Below, piece after piece: positions 46,247 through 60,427 of a DNA stretch of 64,000 nucleotides. Every line of letters starts with the position of its first letter. Within the stretch, counting starts at the first letter, position 1. The notes below the pieces were generated by a model. That model saw nothing but the letters and a program-made list of their open reading frames with translations. It ran no database searches and was not told where the DNA came from. Position numbers and translations under genes: made by a program. This stretch comes from TPA_inf: Saccharomyces (Eukaryota). The stretch spans positions 224,001 through 288,000 of the forward strand of contig BK006936.2 in the NCBI GenBank assembly GCA_000146045.2, given 5' to 3'.

Positions 46247-46633
46247 ATGTCTGCTAACGATTACTACGGCGGAACCGCCGGCGAGAAGAGCCAATATTCC
46301 CGTCCCTCCAACCCGCCACCTTCATCCGCTCATCAGAACAAAACTCAGGAGCGTGGATACCCACCCCAACAACAGCAGCAGTACTACCAGCAGCAGCAGC
46401 AGCATCCCGGATACTATAACCAACAAGGATACAATCAGCAAGGGTACAATCAGCAAGGGTACAATCAGCAGGGCTACAATCAGCAGGGATATAACCAGCA
46501 GGGATATAACCAACAAGGCCATCAACAACCAGTCTACGTCCAACAACAACCACCCCAGAGGGGTAACGAAGGTTGTCTGGCTGCATGTCTGGCTGCATTA
46601 TGTATATGCTGCACCATGGATATGCTATTCTAA
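46247..46633 (+). CDS. YBR016W: YBR016W (128 aa): Q/N/Y-rich protein with six tandem QQGYN repeats and a Cys-rich C-terminal tail
   Basis: [27 protein letters not shown]…(QQGYN)x6…[20 protein letters not shown]. Track start 46148 is an upstream extension, and ATG 46247 matches the known protein. Confidence 0.85.
46421..46525 (+). repeat. 15-bp coding tandem repeat (CAGCARGGNTAYAAY = QQGYN) x about 7 within YBR016W
   Basis: Consecutive units caacaaggatacaat / cagcaagggtacaat / cagcaagggtacaat / cagcagggctacaat / cagcagggatataac / cagcagggatataac / caacaaggccatcaa. Confidence 0.85.
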
Positions 46634-46946
46634 GAGAACCCGCAAAAGTATTCAAGAATGAAAAAAAAAAAAAGAATAATCTCCCCTTCTGTTCTTTGCA
46701 GTTGCCTTTCTTCCCCTCAGTGTTATTTTTTTTCACAAGGAGATAAAAAAAAAAACTTTAACATGTCACTTTAAGCATGTATGTAATACGTCTATTAATT
46801 ATATGTAACTTTTATAACTATTTTCATTTCTATGTGATCCATTTGCAGTTATGCACCTTTTTTTTTTTTCCGAATTGTGCTATGTATATATCACTAGTAA
46901 TAATGTACCAAACTATACAAACACGTAGGATACAGTAAAAAAAATT

Positions 46947-49703
46947 TTAGCTGGTGAACTGTTGTAAGAAGGAGATTTCATCGGGCGTGAAATTTATTGC
47001 AGAAATTTGGGCAGAATGGTTCATCAAAAAGGTGTAGATCTCTTGCGCAAAAACATTCGCCTCTACATTGCTTGAAAGGCCCGTAACAATTTTATGAATG
47101 GTATCATTACTCATTGTGACCTCCGTGCTGGTCAAATTGATAATTTTCAGGAAACCCATGTACGCGCTACTCTTTTCCTCTACATCGTCCAATGCGTTAA
47201 CGGACAAACACCATTTATTCCAGTTGGAATCATTGGCAAATGCGCCAGAACTGAAAACTTCAGGGTGTGTTAGCCCCATTTTTCCGATGGTCACAGACAA
47301 GTTCTCCATCACAGAGCTGTCTACGATTTGTGTGTTGGTGGTAAATAAATCTAGAATGATTCTAGACATATCAATGATATAAGTATTCAAATCGATACGT
47401 TCGCTTATCAAACCAAGCGCCCATATCGCATTTATCACAGCAGGAGTACCATCACTATCGTCGTTATGCATTATTTCCGTACCAATCAACTTCAAGAAAT
47501 CCTCCAAATTACCAATTACCAGTTCCGAATTGAAAAAATATACAATATCTCCCAACAGGGCAAAGCAGCTTTGTCTTACTTCATGGACAGGGTCCTGCAA
47601 ACATTCTAGCATGATTTTCAATATCGTTAAATCCTTCGTCCCTTGAGGGAACAATAGATCCTGCGAGTGAGCGCCAAGACCTTGTACCAATCCATCAATC
47701 AAATCTAATGAGGTGATGATGAAGTCCTTCTCAGGCACTACTATTGTCGGGTCTTGATGTGATTTGGCTTCCAATTCGACACAATGACATAGAATTCTAA
47801 AGGCTCTGTTGTACACTTCTGGTGCCATAGGCATGAATCTTTCCCCCAGTGATGATGCCACGCAGGAAAGACATTCTAAAAGTGGCCACAGCTCCTTGTC
47901 ACTGTCTGACAGCAAAGCCCATTTTTCAATTAAGGGCGGCAAAATTATTTGCATCGCTGTCTCGTCTAATGCACATTTTTCAGCAAACCTGCCGATGGCA
48001 TCATATAATATAATTAAATTCTTTTTCTTGTAATATTTCAAACATTTATCAAAACTCGTCAATAATTGACTATAAAATAAAGTTTCAACCAATTCGGAGT
48101 CGGCGTTTTCAATAAATACTGCTACACTACTAATAGCCGCCTCTTGAACATCCTTTTTCTTGTCCATTAATGTGTTTATTATAGGTTCTAAGACTGGAAT
48201 TAAAAACTCAGTATGGTCTTGTAATATCCATGGTGAAAACCTACTTAATGTCCAACATGTCATTTTCCTCACTGGTGCCCACTTATCGTTCAATTGTTCC
48301 ACTAAAAATGGTATTAGTGCTGGTAAGCCATCATTAAAATACTTCATTCCACCTTCTGCCATGGCCCCCAGTGCTAATATAGTAGCTTCTCTAATAAACC
48401 ACCTATCAGAACCCAAATGTTCTCTTAAAAATGGGAACGCTATATCCATCACTTGATGAGGTAAAATATTCGTCATTACATCTAGCGTTGCCGCGGAACA
48501 TTTTCTCAAATTCCATTGCGTATCAACATCGCCATCTTCATCATCATCATCATCATCATCATCTTCGTTGTCATCTGCATCCTCTCCATTTCCTGCCTCT
48601 TTCTTTTTCACAATACGGGGTGCAATGGGCTTGATGTCCTCATCTTTATCCTCCAAGAATGCATCATCATCATTAGAAGCTTCCAGGAGAACGATGGATT
48701 CTTCGTTATAGACCATTTTCGATAATAATATTGGCACGATATCCTTAACATATGGTTGTAAGATATGTTCAGGAATATTTGGGCTCGTTGCAAAGGCGTG
48801 CAAAAACTCGCAGGCTTCAATAGCCACTTTTTCCTCATTTACAGTGGTGATCAAATGCAACATGAATTGTACAATACCATCTAAATGGGAAACCAGCTTA
48901 TCTGGTCTGAATTCCAATAAGAAACTAAAACTAATGCAAATCTGTGCCCTAACTAGGTCGTTTTCGTCGTTTTGTGCCAACTGAAAAATAATTTCTAAGA
49001 ATTTATCTAATCTCACAATAAAACTTTGTGTTTGTAGCGGGATCACTGTATTTATACATTTCACCGATTCTGAGCGAATCACAGGTGAGAAATTTGGATT
49101 CGAAATAAACCTAAAAAAACTATCCAATAAGGCTTCCATAGGCTTCGTATTTCCCGACCATTCCAATTGGAAAAATTGAGCGCTGTCTTCCATGATCTTA
49201 GATAAAGCCTTAATACTTGGCTCATTTCCATTTGAGGTTAGCTCTAGCAACTGGTAAAGCATTTGAAGACCAGTTGGATCATCTCTATGCTGCCTATAGT
49301 AAGTGGAAAATAAAGTAGTAATAACGATACCTGTCACGTTCGAAACGAGATTATTGTTCGAATTATAAAGGCCATGTATAATGTTTGATTTGACGTATCC
49401 TAAGTCGTGGCTATTGCTCTTAATTAAATTGTTTCCCCCTAGCATTGAATTTTTCAACAGCATACCGGCGGTAGCTCTATTGTTCTGAAGATCCTGTAGG
49501 GAGTAGTGTTGCTTCAATACATCATCAGATTCGCCTTCAATTAAAATATAACACAAATAATTGAGAAATTCAGGTTGCAGCTGGAAGTTCTCCATAGCTT
49601 CCATTGCGTTATTACGAATCTCTGGATTTGGTGACATACAGTTCTGTAAAAGAGTTGCTAGTTGCAACACATAGTCTTCGGCGGGCTTCCATGTCGATGC
49701 CAT
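46947..49703 (-). CDS. KAP104: Karyopherin beta-2 / transportin KAP104 (918 aa)
   Basis: 918-aa HEAT-repeat importin-beta family protein with the internal acidic loop (DDNEDDDDDDDEDGD). Confidence 0.9.
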   Translation of the reverse strand: MASTWKPAEDYVLQLATLLQNCMSPNPEIRNNAMEAMENFQLQPEFLNYLCYILIEGESDDVLKQHYSLQDLQNNRATAGMLLKNSMLGGNNLIKSNSHDLGYVKSNIIHGLYNSNNNLVSNVTGIVITTLFSTYYRQHRDDPTGLQMLYQLLELTSNGNEPSIKALSKIMEDSAQFFQLEWSGNTKPMEALLDSFFRFISNPNFSPVIRSESVKCINTVIPLQTQSFIVRLDKFLEIIFQLAQNDENDLVRAQICISFSFLLEFRPDKLVSHLDGIVQFMLHLITTVNEEKVAIEACEFLHAFATSPNIPEHILQPYVKDIVPILLSKMVYNEESIVLLEASNDDDAFLEDKDEDIKPIAPRIVKKKEAGNGEDADDNEDDDDDDDDEDGDVDTQWNLRKCSAATLDVMTNILPHQVMDIAFPFLREHLGSDRWFIREATILALGAMAEGGMKYFNDGLPALIPFLVEQLNDKWAPVRKMTCWTLSRFSPWILQDHTEFLIPVLEPIINTLMDKKKDVQEAAISSVAVFIENADSELVETLFYSQLLTSFDKCLKYYKKKNLIILYDAIGRFAEKCALDETAMQIILPPLIEKWALLSDSDKELWPLLECLSCVASSLGERFMPMAPEVYNRAFRILCHCVELEAKSHQDPTIVVPEKDFIITSLDLIDGLVQGLGAHSQDLLFPQGTKDLTILKIMLECLQDPVHEVRQSCFALLGDIVYFFNSELVIGNLEDFLKLIGTEIMHNDDSDGTPAVINAIWALGLISERIDLNTYIIDMSRIILDLFTTNTQIVDSSVMENLSVTIGKMGLTHPEVFSSGAFANDSNWNKWCLSVNALDDVEEKSSAYMGFLKIINLTSTEVTMSNDTIHKIVTGLSSNVEANVFAQEIYTFLMNHSAQISAINFTPDEISFLQQFTS

Positions 49704-50426
49704 CTTTATTCACTTAACTACTGCTAACAATTCTGAAAACCAAAGACTGCGGAATATTCTGATATGTATTATTACTATTCACTGCTCTTCTGCATAATTA
49801 ATACTGAAAAGTTTTTCATACTTTTAAACATAACCTTTTTTTAAGCAAAACTCTATAACCCGGATCAGAAAACTACGAAAAGAGGGTAATAACATAGGTG
49901 CAGGATTTCCATCGATAACGACACCGACAATGAGCCTTGCTGCAACATCCAATTAGGACTAATAACTATCGTAGGAATTTCTACGTAATAAACTTCAACA
50001 GAGCCTAAAATTTGAAAATAAATAATCTAGAGGGGAAACTTAAAGAAATTCTATTCTTGTCAATAAAGTGGAAATGTGTCAGATGTCACAGTTTCTTTAT
50101 TTGTGACACATATTTTCAACATAAATTCAGGCATTAGTGCTTTTATAAGCATAAGAAGTTGTGGCGATATGAATATTCCAGATTTTACTTACAAGCTGCA
50201 TTGTATTCCTAAAATTCTTTTTTCTTTTTTTTTTTTTTTATGGAAAGGACCACTCTTACATAACTAGAATAGCATTAAGAATCAGATTTACAGATAATGA
50301 TGTCATTATTAAATATATATATATATATATTGTCACTCCGTTCAAGTCGACAACCAATAAAAAATTTAAAAGAAACCAGGCAGTTAATAGAAAAAATATG
50401 ATATGAATGAATATTCCACTTTCTTT

Positions 50427-51527
50427 TTACAGTCTTTGTAGATAATGAATCTGACCATCTAAATTTCTTAGTTTTTCAGCAGCTTGTTCCGAAGTTAAAT
50501 CTCTTTGAGGCTCACCTAACAATTCAAAACCAACCAAGAATTTCCGAACAGTAGCTGATCTCAGTAAAGGTGGGTAGAAATGCATGTGAAACCAACTATT
50601 ACTCAATTCATCACCAGTCGCATTCAAAGGAGCCTGATGGATACCCATTGAGTATGGGAAACTCGTTTCAAATAAATTATCATACTTAATAGTTAGTTGC
50701 TTTAAAATCGAGGCGAGGTCCTCCTTCACCATTTGGTTAAATTGGCTAATTGAGGCAAGCTTCTTCTTTGAAATGACCAAGGTCTCAAATGGCCAGATGG
50801 CCCAGTATGGAACAACAACAATAAAGGATTCATTCTCCACTACGACTCTTGACTTCTCTCTTGATTCTAATTTGACGTAATCGGCAAACAAATCAGTATT
50901 GTGTTCACGTTTATATTTATCAAAAGATTTCAATTCTTGCGAAACTTCACTAGGGATGGATTCTAAGCACCAAGCTTGGCCATGTGGATGTAAGTTGGAA
51001 CAACCCATGGCTGTACCTTTGTTTTCAAATATTTGGACATATTTGAAAGGCTTATGATTTTCTCTTGCTTCTCTGGAGAGATCGTCAGTCAATGCTTGCC
51101 AAGAATTAACAATATGAACCAGATCTGATTGTTTCATTTGTGGAATGGTTAGATTATGATTGGGGCTAAAACATATGACGAAACAATTGCCTCTCACAGA
51201 TTGCACTTTAAGCAGCCTATTTTTAAGATTATCCTCATTGGAATCATTCTGTGGTAAAATAGGTTGATCGAGCCTAACGGCAGCATAATCATTGGGGAAA
51301 ATATACGTTGATTCATATCTTGGGTTTAGGTTACCAGTAGCTCTTTTGTTACCAGGACATAGATAGCATTTTGGATCATACAATGGAGCTGTGGGCTTGT
51401 AAGCAGCCTCCTGTTGACCTAACCAAGGTCTTTTAGCTCTGTGTGGAGAAACTAAGATCCATGAATCGGTTAGTGGATTGTAACGTCTATGGGAATGGCT
51501 AGAAAAATCAAATTCTTCAGCAGTCAT
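50427..51527 (-). CDS. GAL7: Galactose-1-phosphate uridylyltransferase GAL7 (366 aa)
   Basis: MTAEEFDFSSHSHRRYNPLTDSWILVSPHRAKRPW…; HPH active-site motif (…CSNLHPHGQAW…). Track start 51545 is 6 codons upstream of the real ATG. Confidence 0.95.
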   Translation of the reverse strand: MTAEEFDFSSHSHRRYNPLTDSWILVSPHRAKRPWLGQQEAAYKPTAPLYDPKCYLCPGNKRATGNLNPRYESTYIFPNDYAAVRLDQPILPQNDSNEDNLKNRLLKVQSVRGNCFVICFSPNHNLTIPQMKQSDLVHIVNSWQALTDDLSREARENHKPFKYVQIFENKGTAMGCSNLHPHGQAWCLESIPSEVSQELKSFDKYKREHNTDLFADYVKLESREKSRVVVENESFIVVVPYWAIWPFETLVISKKKLASISQFNQMVKEDLASILKQLTIKYDNLFETSFPYSMGIHQAPLNATGDELSNSWFHMHFYPPLLRSATVRKFLVGFELLGEPQRDLTSEQAAEKLRNLDGQIHYLQRL

Positions 51528-51702
51528 TTTTGAGGGAATATTCAACTGTTTTTTTTTATCATGTTGATGCTCTGCATAATAATGCCCATAAATATTTCCG
51601 ACCTGCTTTTATATCTTTGCTAGCCAAACTAACTGAACATAGCTACACATTATTTTCAGCTTGGCTATTTTGTGAACACTGTATAGCCAGTCCTTCGGAT
51701 CA

Positions 51703-51806
51703 CGGTCAACAGTTGTCCGAGCGCTTTTTGGACCCTTTCCCTTATTTTTGGGTTAAGGAAAATGACAGAAAATATATCTAATGAGCCTTCGCTCAACAGT
51801 GCTCCG
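51703..51806. promoter_or_regulatory. GAL7 UAS: two Gal4 sites, CGGTCAACAGTTGTCCG (51703-51719) and CGCTCAACAGTGCTCCG (51790-51806, CGG-N11-GCG on the other strand)
   Basis: CGG-N11-CCG spacing, 160-280 bp upstream of the GAL7 ATG. Confidence 0.75.
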
Positions 51807-52252
51807 AAGTATAGCTTTCCAAAAGGAGAGGCAAAGCAATTTAAGAATGTATGAACAAAATAAAGGGGAAAAATTACCCCCTCTACTTTACCAAACGAAT
51901 ACTACCAATAATATTTACAACTTTTCCTTATGATTTTTTCACTGAAGCGCTTCGCAATAGTTGTGAGTGATATCAAAAGTAACGAAATGAACTCCGCGGC
52001 TCGTGCTATATTCTTGTTGCTACCGTCCATATCTTTCCATAGATTTTCAATTTTTGATGTCTCCATGGTGGTACAGAGAACTTGTAAACAATTCGGTCCC
52101 TACATGTGAGGAAATTCGCTGTGACACTTTTATCACTGAACTCCAAATTTAAAAAATAGCATAAAATTCGTTATACAGCAAATCTATGTGTTGCAATTAA
52201 GAACTAAAAGATATAGAGTGCATATTTTCAAGAAGGATAGTAAGCTGGCAAA

Positions 52253-54352
<2,100 letters not shown>

Positions 54353-54567
54353 TTATATTGAATTTTCAAAAATTCTTACTTTTTTTTTGGATGGACGCAA
54401 AGAAGTTTAATAATCATATTACATGGCATTACCACCATATACATATCCATATCTAATCTTACTTATATGTTGTGGAAATGTAAAGAGCCCCATTATCTTA
54501 GCCTAAAAAAACCTTCTCTTTGGAACTTTCAGTAATACGCTTAACTGCTCATTGCTATATTGAAGTA

Positions 54568-54685
54568 CGGATTAGAAGCCGCCGAGCGGGCGACAGCCCT
54601 CCGACGGAAGACTCTCCTCCGTGCGTCCTCGTCTTCACCGGTCGCGTTCCTGAAACGCAGATGTGCCTCGCGCCGCACTGCTCCG
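54568..54685. promoter_or_regulatory. UAS-GAL: four Gal4 binding sites (CGG-N11-CCG) in the GAL1-GAL10 divergent promoter
   Basis: CGGATTAGAAGCCGCCG 54568-54584; CGGGCGACAGCCCTCCG 54587-54603; CGGAAGACTCTCCTCCG 54605-54621; CGCGCCGCACTGCTCCG 54669-54685. Confidence 0.9.
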
Positions 54686-54826
54686 AACAATAAAGATTCT
54701 ACAATACTAGCTTTTATGGTTATGAAGAGGAAAAATTGGCAGTAACCTGGCCCCACAAACCTTCAAATTAACGAATCAAATTAACAACCATAGGATGATA
54801 ATGCGATTAGTTTTTTAGCCTTATTT

Positions 54827-54882
54827 CTGGGGTAATTAATCAGCGAAGCGATGATTTTTGATCTATTAACAGATATATAAAT
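54827..54882 (+). promoter_or_regulatory. GAL1 proximal promoter: Mig1-type GC box CTGGGG (54827-54832) and TATA box TATATAAA (54875-54882)
   Basis: TTTCTGGGGTAATTAAT matches the glucose-repression Mig1 site described for GAL1; TATATAAATGG is about 140 bp upstream of the GAL1 ATG. Confidence 0.6.
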
Positions 54883-55020
54883 GGAAAAGCTGCATAACCA
54901 CTTTAACTAATACTTTCAACATTTTCAGTTTGTATTACTTCTTATTCAAATGTCATAAAAGTATCAACAAAAAATTGTTAATATACCTCTATACTTTAAC
55001 GTCAAGGAGAAAAAACTATA

Positions 55021-56607
55021 ATGACTAAATCTCATTCAGAAGAAGTGATTGTACCTGAGTTCAATTCTAGCGCAAAGGAATTACCAAGACCATTGGCCGA
55101 AAAGTGCCCGAGCATAATTAAGAAATTTATAAGCGCTTATGATGCTAAACCGGATTTTGTTGCTAGATCGCCTGGTAGAGTCAATCTAATTGGTGAACAT
55201 ATTGATTATTGTGACTTCTCGGTTTTACCTTTAGCTATTGATTTTGATATGCTTTGCGCCGTCAAAGTTTTGAACGAGAAAAATCCATCCATTACCTTAA
55301 TAAATGCTGATCCCAAATTTGCTCAAAGGAAGTTCGATTTGCCGTTGGACGGTTCTTATGTCACAATTGATCCTTCTGTGTCGGACTGGTCTAATTACTT
55401 TAAATGTGGTCTCCATGTTGCTCACTCTTTTCTAAAGAAACTTGCACCGGAAAGGTTTGCCAGTGCTCCTCTGGCCGGGCTGCAAGTCTTCTGTGAGGGT
55501 GATGTACCAACTGGCAGTGGATTGTCTTCTTCGGCCGCATTCATTTGTGCCGTTGCTTTAGCTGTTGTTAAAGCGAATATGGGCCCTGGTTATCATATGT
55601 CCAAGCAAAATTTAATGCGTATTACGGTCGTTGCAGAACATTATGTTGGTGTTAACAATGGCGGTATGGATCAGGCTGCCTCTGTTTGCGGTGAGGAAGA
55701 TCATGCTCTATACGTTGAGTTCAAACCGCAGTTGAAGGCTACTCCGTTTAAATTTCCGCAATTAAAAAACCATGAAATTAGCTTTGTTATTGCGAACACC
55801 CTTGTTGTATCTAACAAGTTTGAAACCGCCCCAACCAACTATAATTTAAGAGTGGTAGAAGTCACTACAGCTGCAAATGTTTTAGCTGCCACGTACGGTG
55901 TTGTTTTACTTTCTGGAAAAGAAGGATCGAGCACGAATAAAGGTAATCTAAGAGATTTCATGAACGTTTATTATGCCAGATATCACAACATTTCCACACC
56001 CTGGAACGGCGATATTGAATCCGGCATCGAACGGTTAACAAAGATGCTAGTACTAGTTGAAGAGTCTCTCGCCAATAAGAAACAGGGCTTTAGTGTTGAC
56101 GATGTCGCACAATCCTTGAATTGTTCTCGCGAAGAATTCACAAGAGACTACTTAACAACATCTCCAGTGAGATTTCAAGTCTTAAAGCTATATCAGAGGG
56201 CTAAGCATGTGTATTCTGAATCTTTAAGAGTCTTGAAGGCTGTGAAATTAATGACTACAGCGAGCTTTACTGCCGACGAAGACTTTTTCAAGCAATTTGG
56301 TGCCTTGATGAACGAGTCTCAAGCTTCTTGCGATAAACTTTACGAATGTTCTTGTCCAGAGATTGACAAAATTTGTTCCATTGCTTTGTCAAATGGATCA
56401 TATGGTTCCCGTTTGACCGGAGCTGGCTGGGGTGGTTGTACTGTTCACTTGGTTCCAGGGGGCCCAAATGGCAACATAGAAAAGGTAAAAGAAGCCCTTG
56501 CCAATGAGTTCTACAAGGTCAAGTACCCTAAGATCACTGATGCTGAGCTAGAAAATGCTATCATCGTCTCTAAACCAGCATTGGGCAGCTGTCTATATGA
56601 ATTATAA
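55021..56607 (+). CDS. GAL1: Galactokinase GAL1 (528 aa)
   Basis: [36 protein letters not shown]…; GHMP kinase motifs ([11 protein letters not shown]). Confidence 0.96.
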   Translation: MTKSHSEEVIVPEFNSSAKELPRPLAEKCPSIIKKFISAYDAKPDFVARSPGRVNLIGEHIDYCDFSVLPLAIDFDMLCAVKVLNEKNPSITLINADPKFAQRKFDLPLDGSYVTIDPSVSDWSNYFKCGLHVAHSFLKKLAPERFASAPLAGLQVFCEGDVPTGSGLSSSAAFICAVALAVVKANMGPGYHMSKQNLMRITVVAEHYVGVNNGGMDQAASVCGEEDHALYVEFKPQLKATPFKFPQLKNHEISFVIANTLVVSNKFETAPTNYNLRVVEVTTAANVLAATYGVVLLSGKEGSSTNKGNLRDFMNVYYARYHNISTPWNGDIESGIERLTKMLVLVEESLANKKQGFSVDDVAQSLNCSREEFTRDYLTTSPVRFQVLKLYQRAKHVYSESLRVLKAVKLMTTASFTADEDFFKQFGALMNESQASCDKLYECSCPEIDKICSIALSNGSYGSRLTGAGWGGCTVHLVPGGPNGNIEKVKEALANEFYKVKYPKITDAELENAIIVSKPALGSCLYEL

Positions 56608-57442
56608 GTATACTTCTTTTTTTTACTTTGTTCAGAACAACTTCTCATTTTTTTCTACTCATAACTTTAGCATCACAAAATACGCAATAATAACGAGTAG
56701 TAACACTTTTATAGTTCATACATGCTTCAACTACTTAATAAATGATTGTATGATAATGTTTTCAATGTAAGAGATTTCGATTATCCACAAACTTTAAAAC
56801 ACAGGGACAAAATTCTTGATATGCTTTCAACCGCTGCGTTTTGGATACCTATTCTTGACATGATATGACTACCATTTTGTTATTGTACGTGGGGCAGTTG
56901 ACGTCTTATCATATGTCAAAGTCATTTGCGAAGTTCTTGGCAAGTTGCCAACTGACGAGATGCAGTAAAAAGAGATTGCCGTCTTGAAACTTTTTGTCCT
57001 TTTTTTTTTCCGGGGACTCTACGAGAACCCTTTGTCCTACTGATTAATTTTGTACTGAATTTGGACAATTCAGATTTTAGTAGACAAGCGCGAGGAGGAA
57101 AAGAAATGACAGAAAAATTCCGATGGACAAGAAGATAGGAAAAAAAAAAAGCTTTCACCGATTTCCTAGACCGGAAAAAAGTCGTATGACATCAGAATGA
57201 AAAATTTTCAAGTTAGACAAGGACAAAATCAGGACAAATTGTAAAGATATAATAAACTATTTGATTCAGCGCCAATTTGCCCTTTTCCATTTTCCATTAA
57301 ATCTCTGTTCTCTCTTACTTATATGATGATTAGGTATCATCTGTATAAAACTCCTTTCTTAATTTCACTCTAAAGCATACCCCATAGAGAAGATCTTTCG
57401 GTTCGAAGACATTCCTACGCATAATAAGAATAGGAGGGAATA

Positions 57443-59344
57443 ATGCCAGACAATCTATCATTACATTTAAGCGGCTCTTCAAAAAGATTGAACTCTCGCC
57501 AACTTATGGAATCTTCCAATGAGACCTTTGCGCCAAATAATGTGGATTTGGAAAAAGAGTATAAGTCATCTCAGAGTAATATAACTACCGAAGTTTATGA
57601 GGCATCGAGCTTTGAAGAAAAAGTAAGCTCAGAAAAACCTCAATACAGCTCATTCTGGAAGAAAATCTATTATGAATATGTGGTCGTTGACAAATCAATC
57701 TTGGGTGTTTCTATTCTGGATTCATTTATGTACAACCAGGACTTGAAGCCCGTCGAAAAAGAAAGGCGGGTTTGGTCCTGGTACAATTATTGTTACTTCT
57801 GGCTTGCTGAATGTTTCAATATCAACACTTGGCAAATTGCAGCTACAGGTCTACAACTGGGTCTAAATTGGTGGCAGTGTTGGATAACAATTTGGATTGG
57901 GTACGGTTTCGTTGGTGCTTTTGTTGTTTTGGCCTCTAGAGTTGGATCTGCTTATCATTTGTCATTCCCTATATCATCTAGAGCATCATTCGGTATTTTC
58001 TTCTCTTTATGGCCCGTTATTAACAGAGTCGTCATGGCCATCGTTTGGTATAGTGTCCAAGCTTATATTGCGGCAACTCCCGTATCATTAATGCTGAAAT
58101 CTATCTTTGGAAAAGATTTACAAGACAAAATCCCAGATCACTTTGGATCACCGAATGCTACTACTTACGAGTTCATGTGTTTTTTTATCTTTTGGGCTGC
58201 CAGTCTTCCATTTTTACTGGTTCCACCTCACAAAATTAGACACCTGTTTACTGTTAAAGCCGTCTTGGTTCCGTTTGCTTCTTTTGGTTTCTTAATTTGG
58301 GCTATCAGAAGAGCTCACGGGCGTATTGCCTTAGGATCTTTAACCGATGTACAACCTCATGGCTCTGCCTTTTCGTGGGCTTTTCTAAGATCACTAATGG
58401 GTTGTATGGCTAATTTCTCCACAATGGTAATCAACGCTCCAGATTTCTCTAGATTTTCAAAAAACCCTAACTCCGCTTTATGGTCCCAATTAGTGTGCAT
58501 TCCATTTTTGTTTTCCATCACTTGTTTAATTGGAATTCTAGTCACCGCAGCTGGTTATGAAATATACGGTATTAATTACTGGTCGCCACTCGATGTGCTA
58601 GAAAAATTTTTACAGACTACTTATAATAAGGGCACAAGAGCTGGTGTTTTCTTAATCTCTTTTGTTTTCGCCGTAGCTCAGTTAGGTACTAATATTTCTG
58701 CAAACTCATTATCGTGTGGAACTGATATGTCCGCTATTTTCCCCAAGTTTATCAATATCAAGCGTGGTTCATTATTTTGTGCAGCCATGGCGCTGTGTAT
58801 TTGTCCATGGAATTTAATGGCAACATCAAGTAAATTTACAATGGCTTTGTCCGCATATGCTATCTTTTTGTCCAGTATTGCCGGTGTTGTCTGCTCAGAT
58901 TACTTTGTTGTTAGAAGAGGATATATCAAGCTAACACACATATATTCCCATCAAAAGGGCTCTTTTTATATGTACGGAAACAGGTTTGGTATCAATTGGA
59001 GAGCTTTGGCTGCATATCTATGTGGGGTGGCTCCTTGCTTGCCCGGTTTCATCGCGGAGGTGGGCGCTCCCGCTATAAAGGTTTCTGATGGAGCTATGAA
59101 ACTATATTACCTAAGTTACTGGGTAGGATATGGCTTGAGTTTTTCTTCTTATACTGCTCTGTGTTACTTCTTCCCTGTACCTGGGTGCCCTGTTAACAAC
59201 ATTATAAAGGACAAGGGCTGGTTCCAAAGATGGGCCAATGTCGATGATTTTGAAGAAGAGTGGAAAGACACAATTGAGAGGGATGACCTGGTAGATGACA
59301 ATATTAGTGTCTACGAACACGAACACGAAAAGACTTTCATTTAA
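57443..59344 (+). CDS. FUR4: Uracil permease FUR4 (633 aa), NCS1 family
   Basis: 633-aa 12-TM ORF; MPDNLSLHLSGSSKRLNSRQLMESSNETFAP… N-terminal hydrophilic region. Confidence 0.92.
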   Translation: MPDNLSLHLSGSSKRLNSRQLMESSNETFAPNNVDLEKEYKSSQSNITTEVYEASSFEEKVSSEKPQYSSFWKKIYYEYVVVDKSILGVSILDSFMYNQDLKPVEKERRVWSWYNYCYFWLAECFNINTWQIAATGLQLGLNWWQCWITIWIGYGFVGAFVVLASRVGSAYHLSFPISSRASFGIFFSLWPVINRVVMAIVWYSVQAYIAATPVSLMLKSIFGKDLQDKIPDHFGSPNATTYEFMCFFIFWAASLPFLLVPPHKIRHLFTVKAVLVPFASFGFLIWAIRRAHGRIALGSLTDVQPHGSAFSWAFLRSLMGCMANFSTMVINAPDFSRFSKNPNSALWSQLVCIPFLFSITCLIGILVTAAGYEIYGINYWSPLDVLEKFLQTTYNKGTRAGVFLISFVFAVAQLGTNISANSLSCGTDMSAIFPKFINIKRGSLFCAAMALCICPWNLMATSSKFTMALSAYAIFLSSIAGVVCSDYFVVRRGYIKLTHIYSHQKGSFYMYGNRFGINWRALAAYLCGVAPCLPGFIAEVGAPAIKVSDGAMKLYYLSYWVGYGLSFSSYTALCYFFPVPGCPVNNIIKDKGWFQRWANVDDFEEEWKDTIERDDLVDDNISVYEHEHEKTFI

Positions 59345-59737
59345 GCTCTCCATATCTACATCACTTTCTGCATTAATCTGAAATATTTTTCAAATTTTCA
59401 TGTGTAATGATATTAATCCTTATCTATACTACTTACTTCTATTTACGTTCTCTTTAGCATTTACTTTGTGCATTTGGCCTTCAATGAGCATTAATTTCAC
59501 TGGTTTTAATATATTCACTCACTTTCATTCGATTTTTTGTTTGCTTTATGGCTTAGCGTTCTTTCCTCTCTCCTTTCTCTTTTTACACACGAGAAAAAAT
59601 GGATAATTGTTGTATTATGCCATATGCATAACTTTACGATTCGTTATGCTATGCGAACTTGAAGCCCAGATTTCTACACGAAAAGTTTGAGTTTATTAGT
59701 ATCTTCTCCAAGATAAATATAGCATCAAGTTACAGGT

Positions 59738-60271
59738 ATGTCGAACATCACTTATGTCAAAGGTAACATCTTAAAACCAAAGTCATATGCTAGGATCCTC
59801 ATCCATTCTTGCAACTGCAATGGCTCGTGGGGTGGTGGGATCGCTTATCAACTTGCTTTGCGCTACCCAAAAGCAGAGAAAGATTACGTTGAAGTATGCG
59901 AAAAGTATGGTTCTAATTTACTAGGCAAATGCATATTACTTCCCAGTTACGAAAACTCAGATCTGCTGATTTGTTGCTTGTTTACATCATCATTTGGAGG
60001 TTCAAGTCATGGAGAAAAGCAAAGTATTTTGAATTATACAAAACTTGCTTTAGATAAATTGAAGACCTTTAGAGAAGCAAAAGACAAAACTCGAACAAGT
60101 GAAGATTCAATCGGTGACTATTTAAACGGCCACATCAAATACCCAATAGGGGAATATAAATTGGAAATGCCACAGATAAATAGTGGCATATTCGGAGTCC
60201 CTTGGAAAGAGACAGAACGCGTGTTAGAAGAATTTAGTGGCGACATGAGTTTTACAGTATATCAGCTGTAA
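59738..60271 (+). CDS. POA1: Macro-domain ADP-ribose 1''-phosphate phosphatase POA1 (177 aa)
   Basis: Macro domain signature …[21 protein letters not shown]…. Confidence 0.85.
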
Positions 60272-60427
60272 TTGCCTTAGCCACGTAATATGTGCCTTTA
60301 AAGATAGAGAAATATTTATTTATTAAGTTTTAGTTCTAAGGTGTGTTAAAATACCTCTCAAATAAATAAGTTACACACAACCATATATCAACTTGTAAGT
60401 ATCACAGTAAAAATATTTTCATACTGT

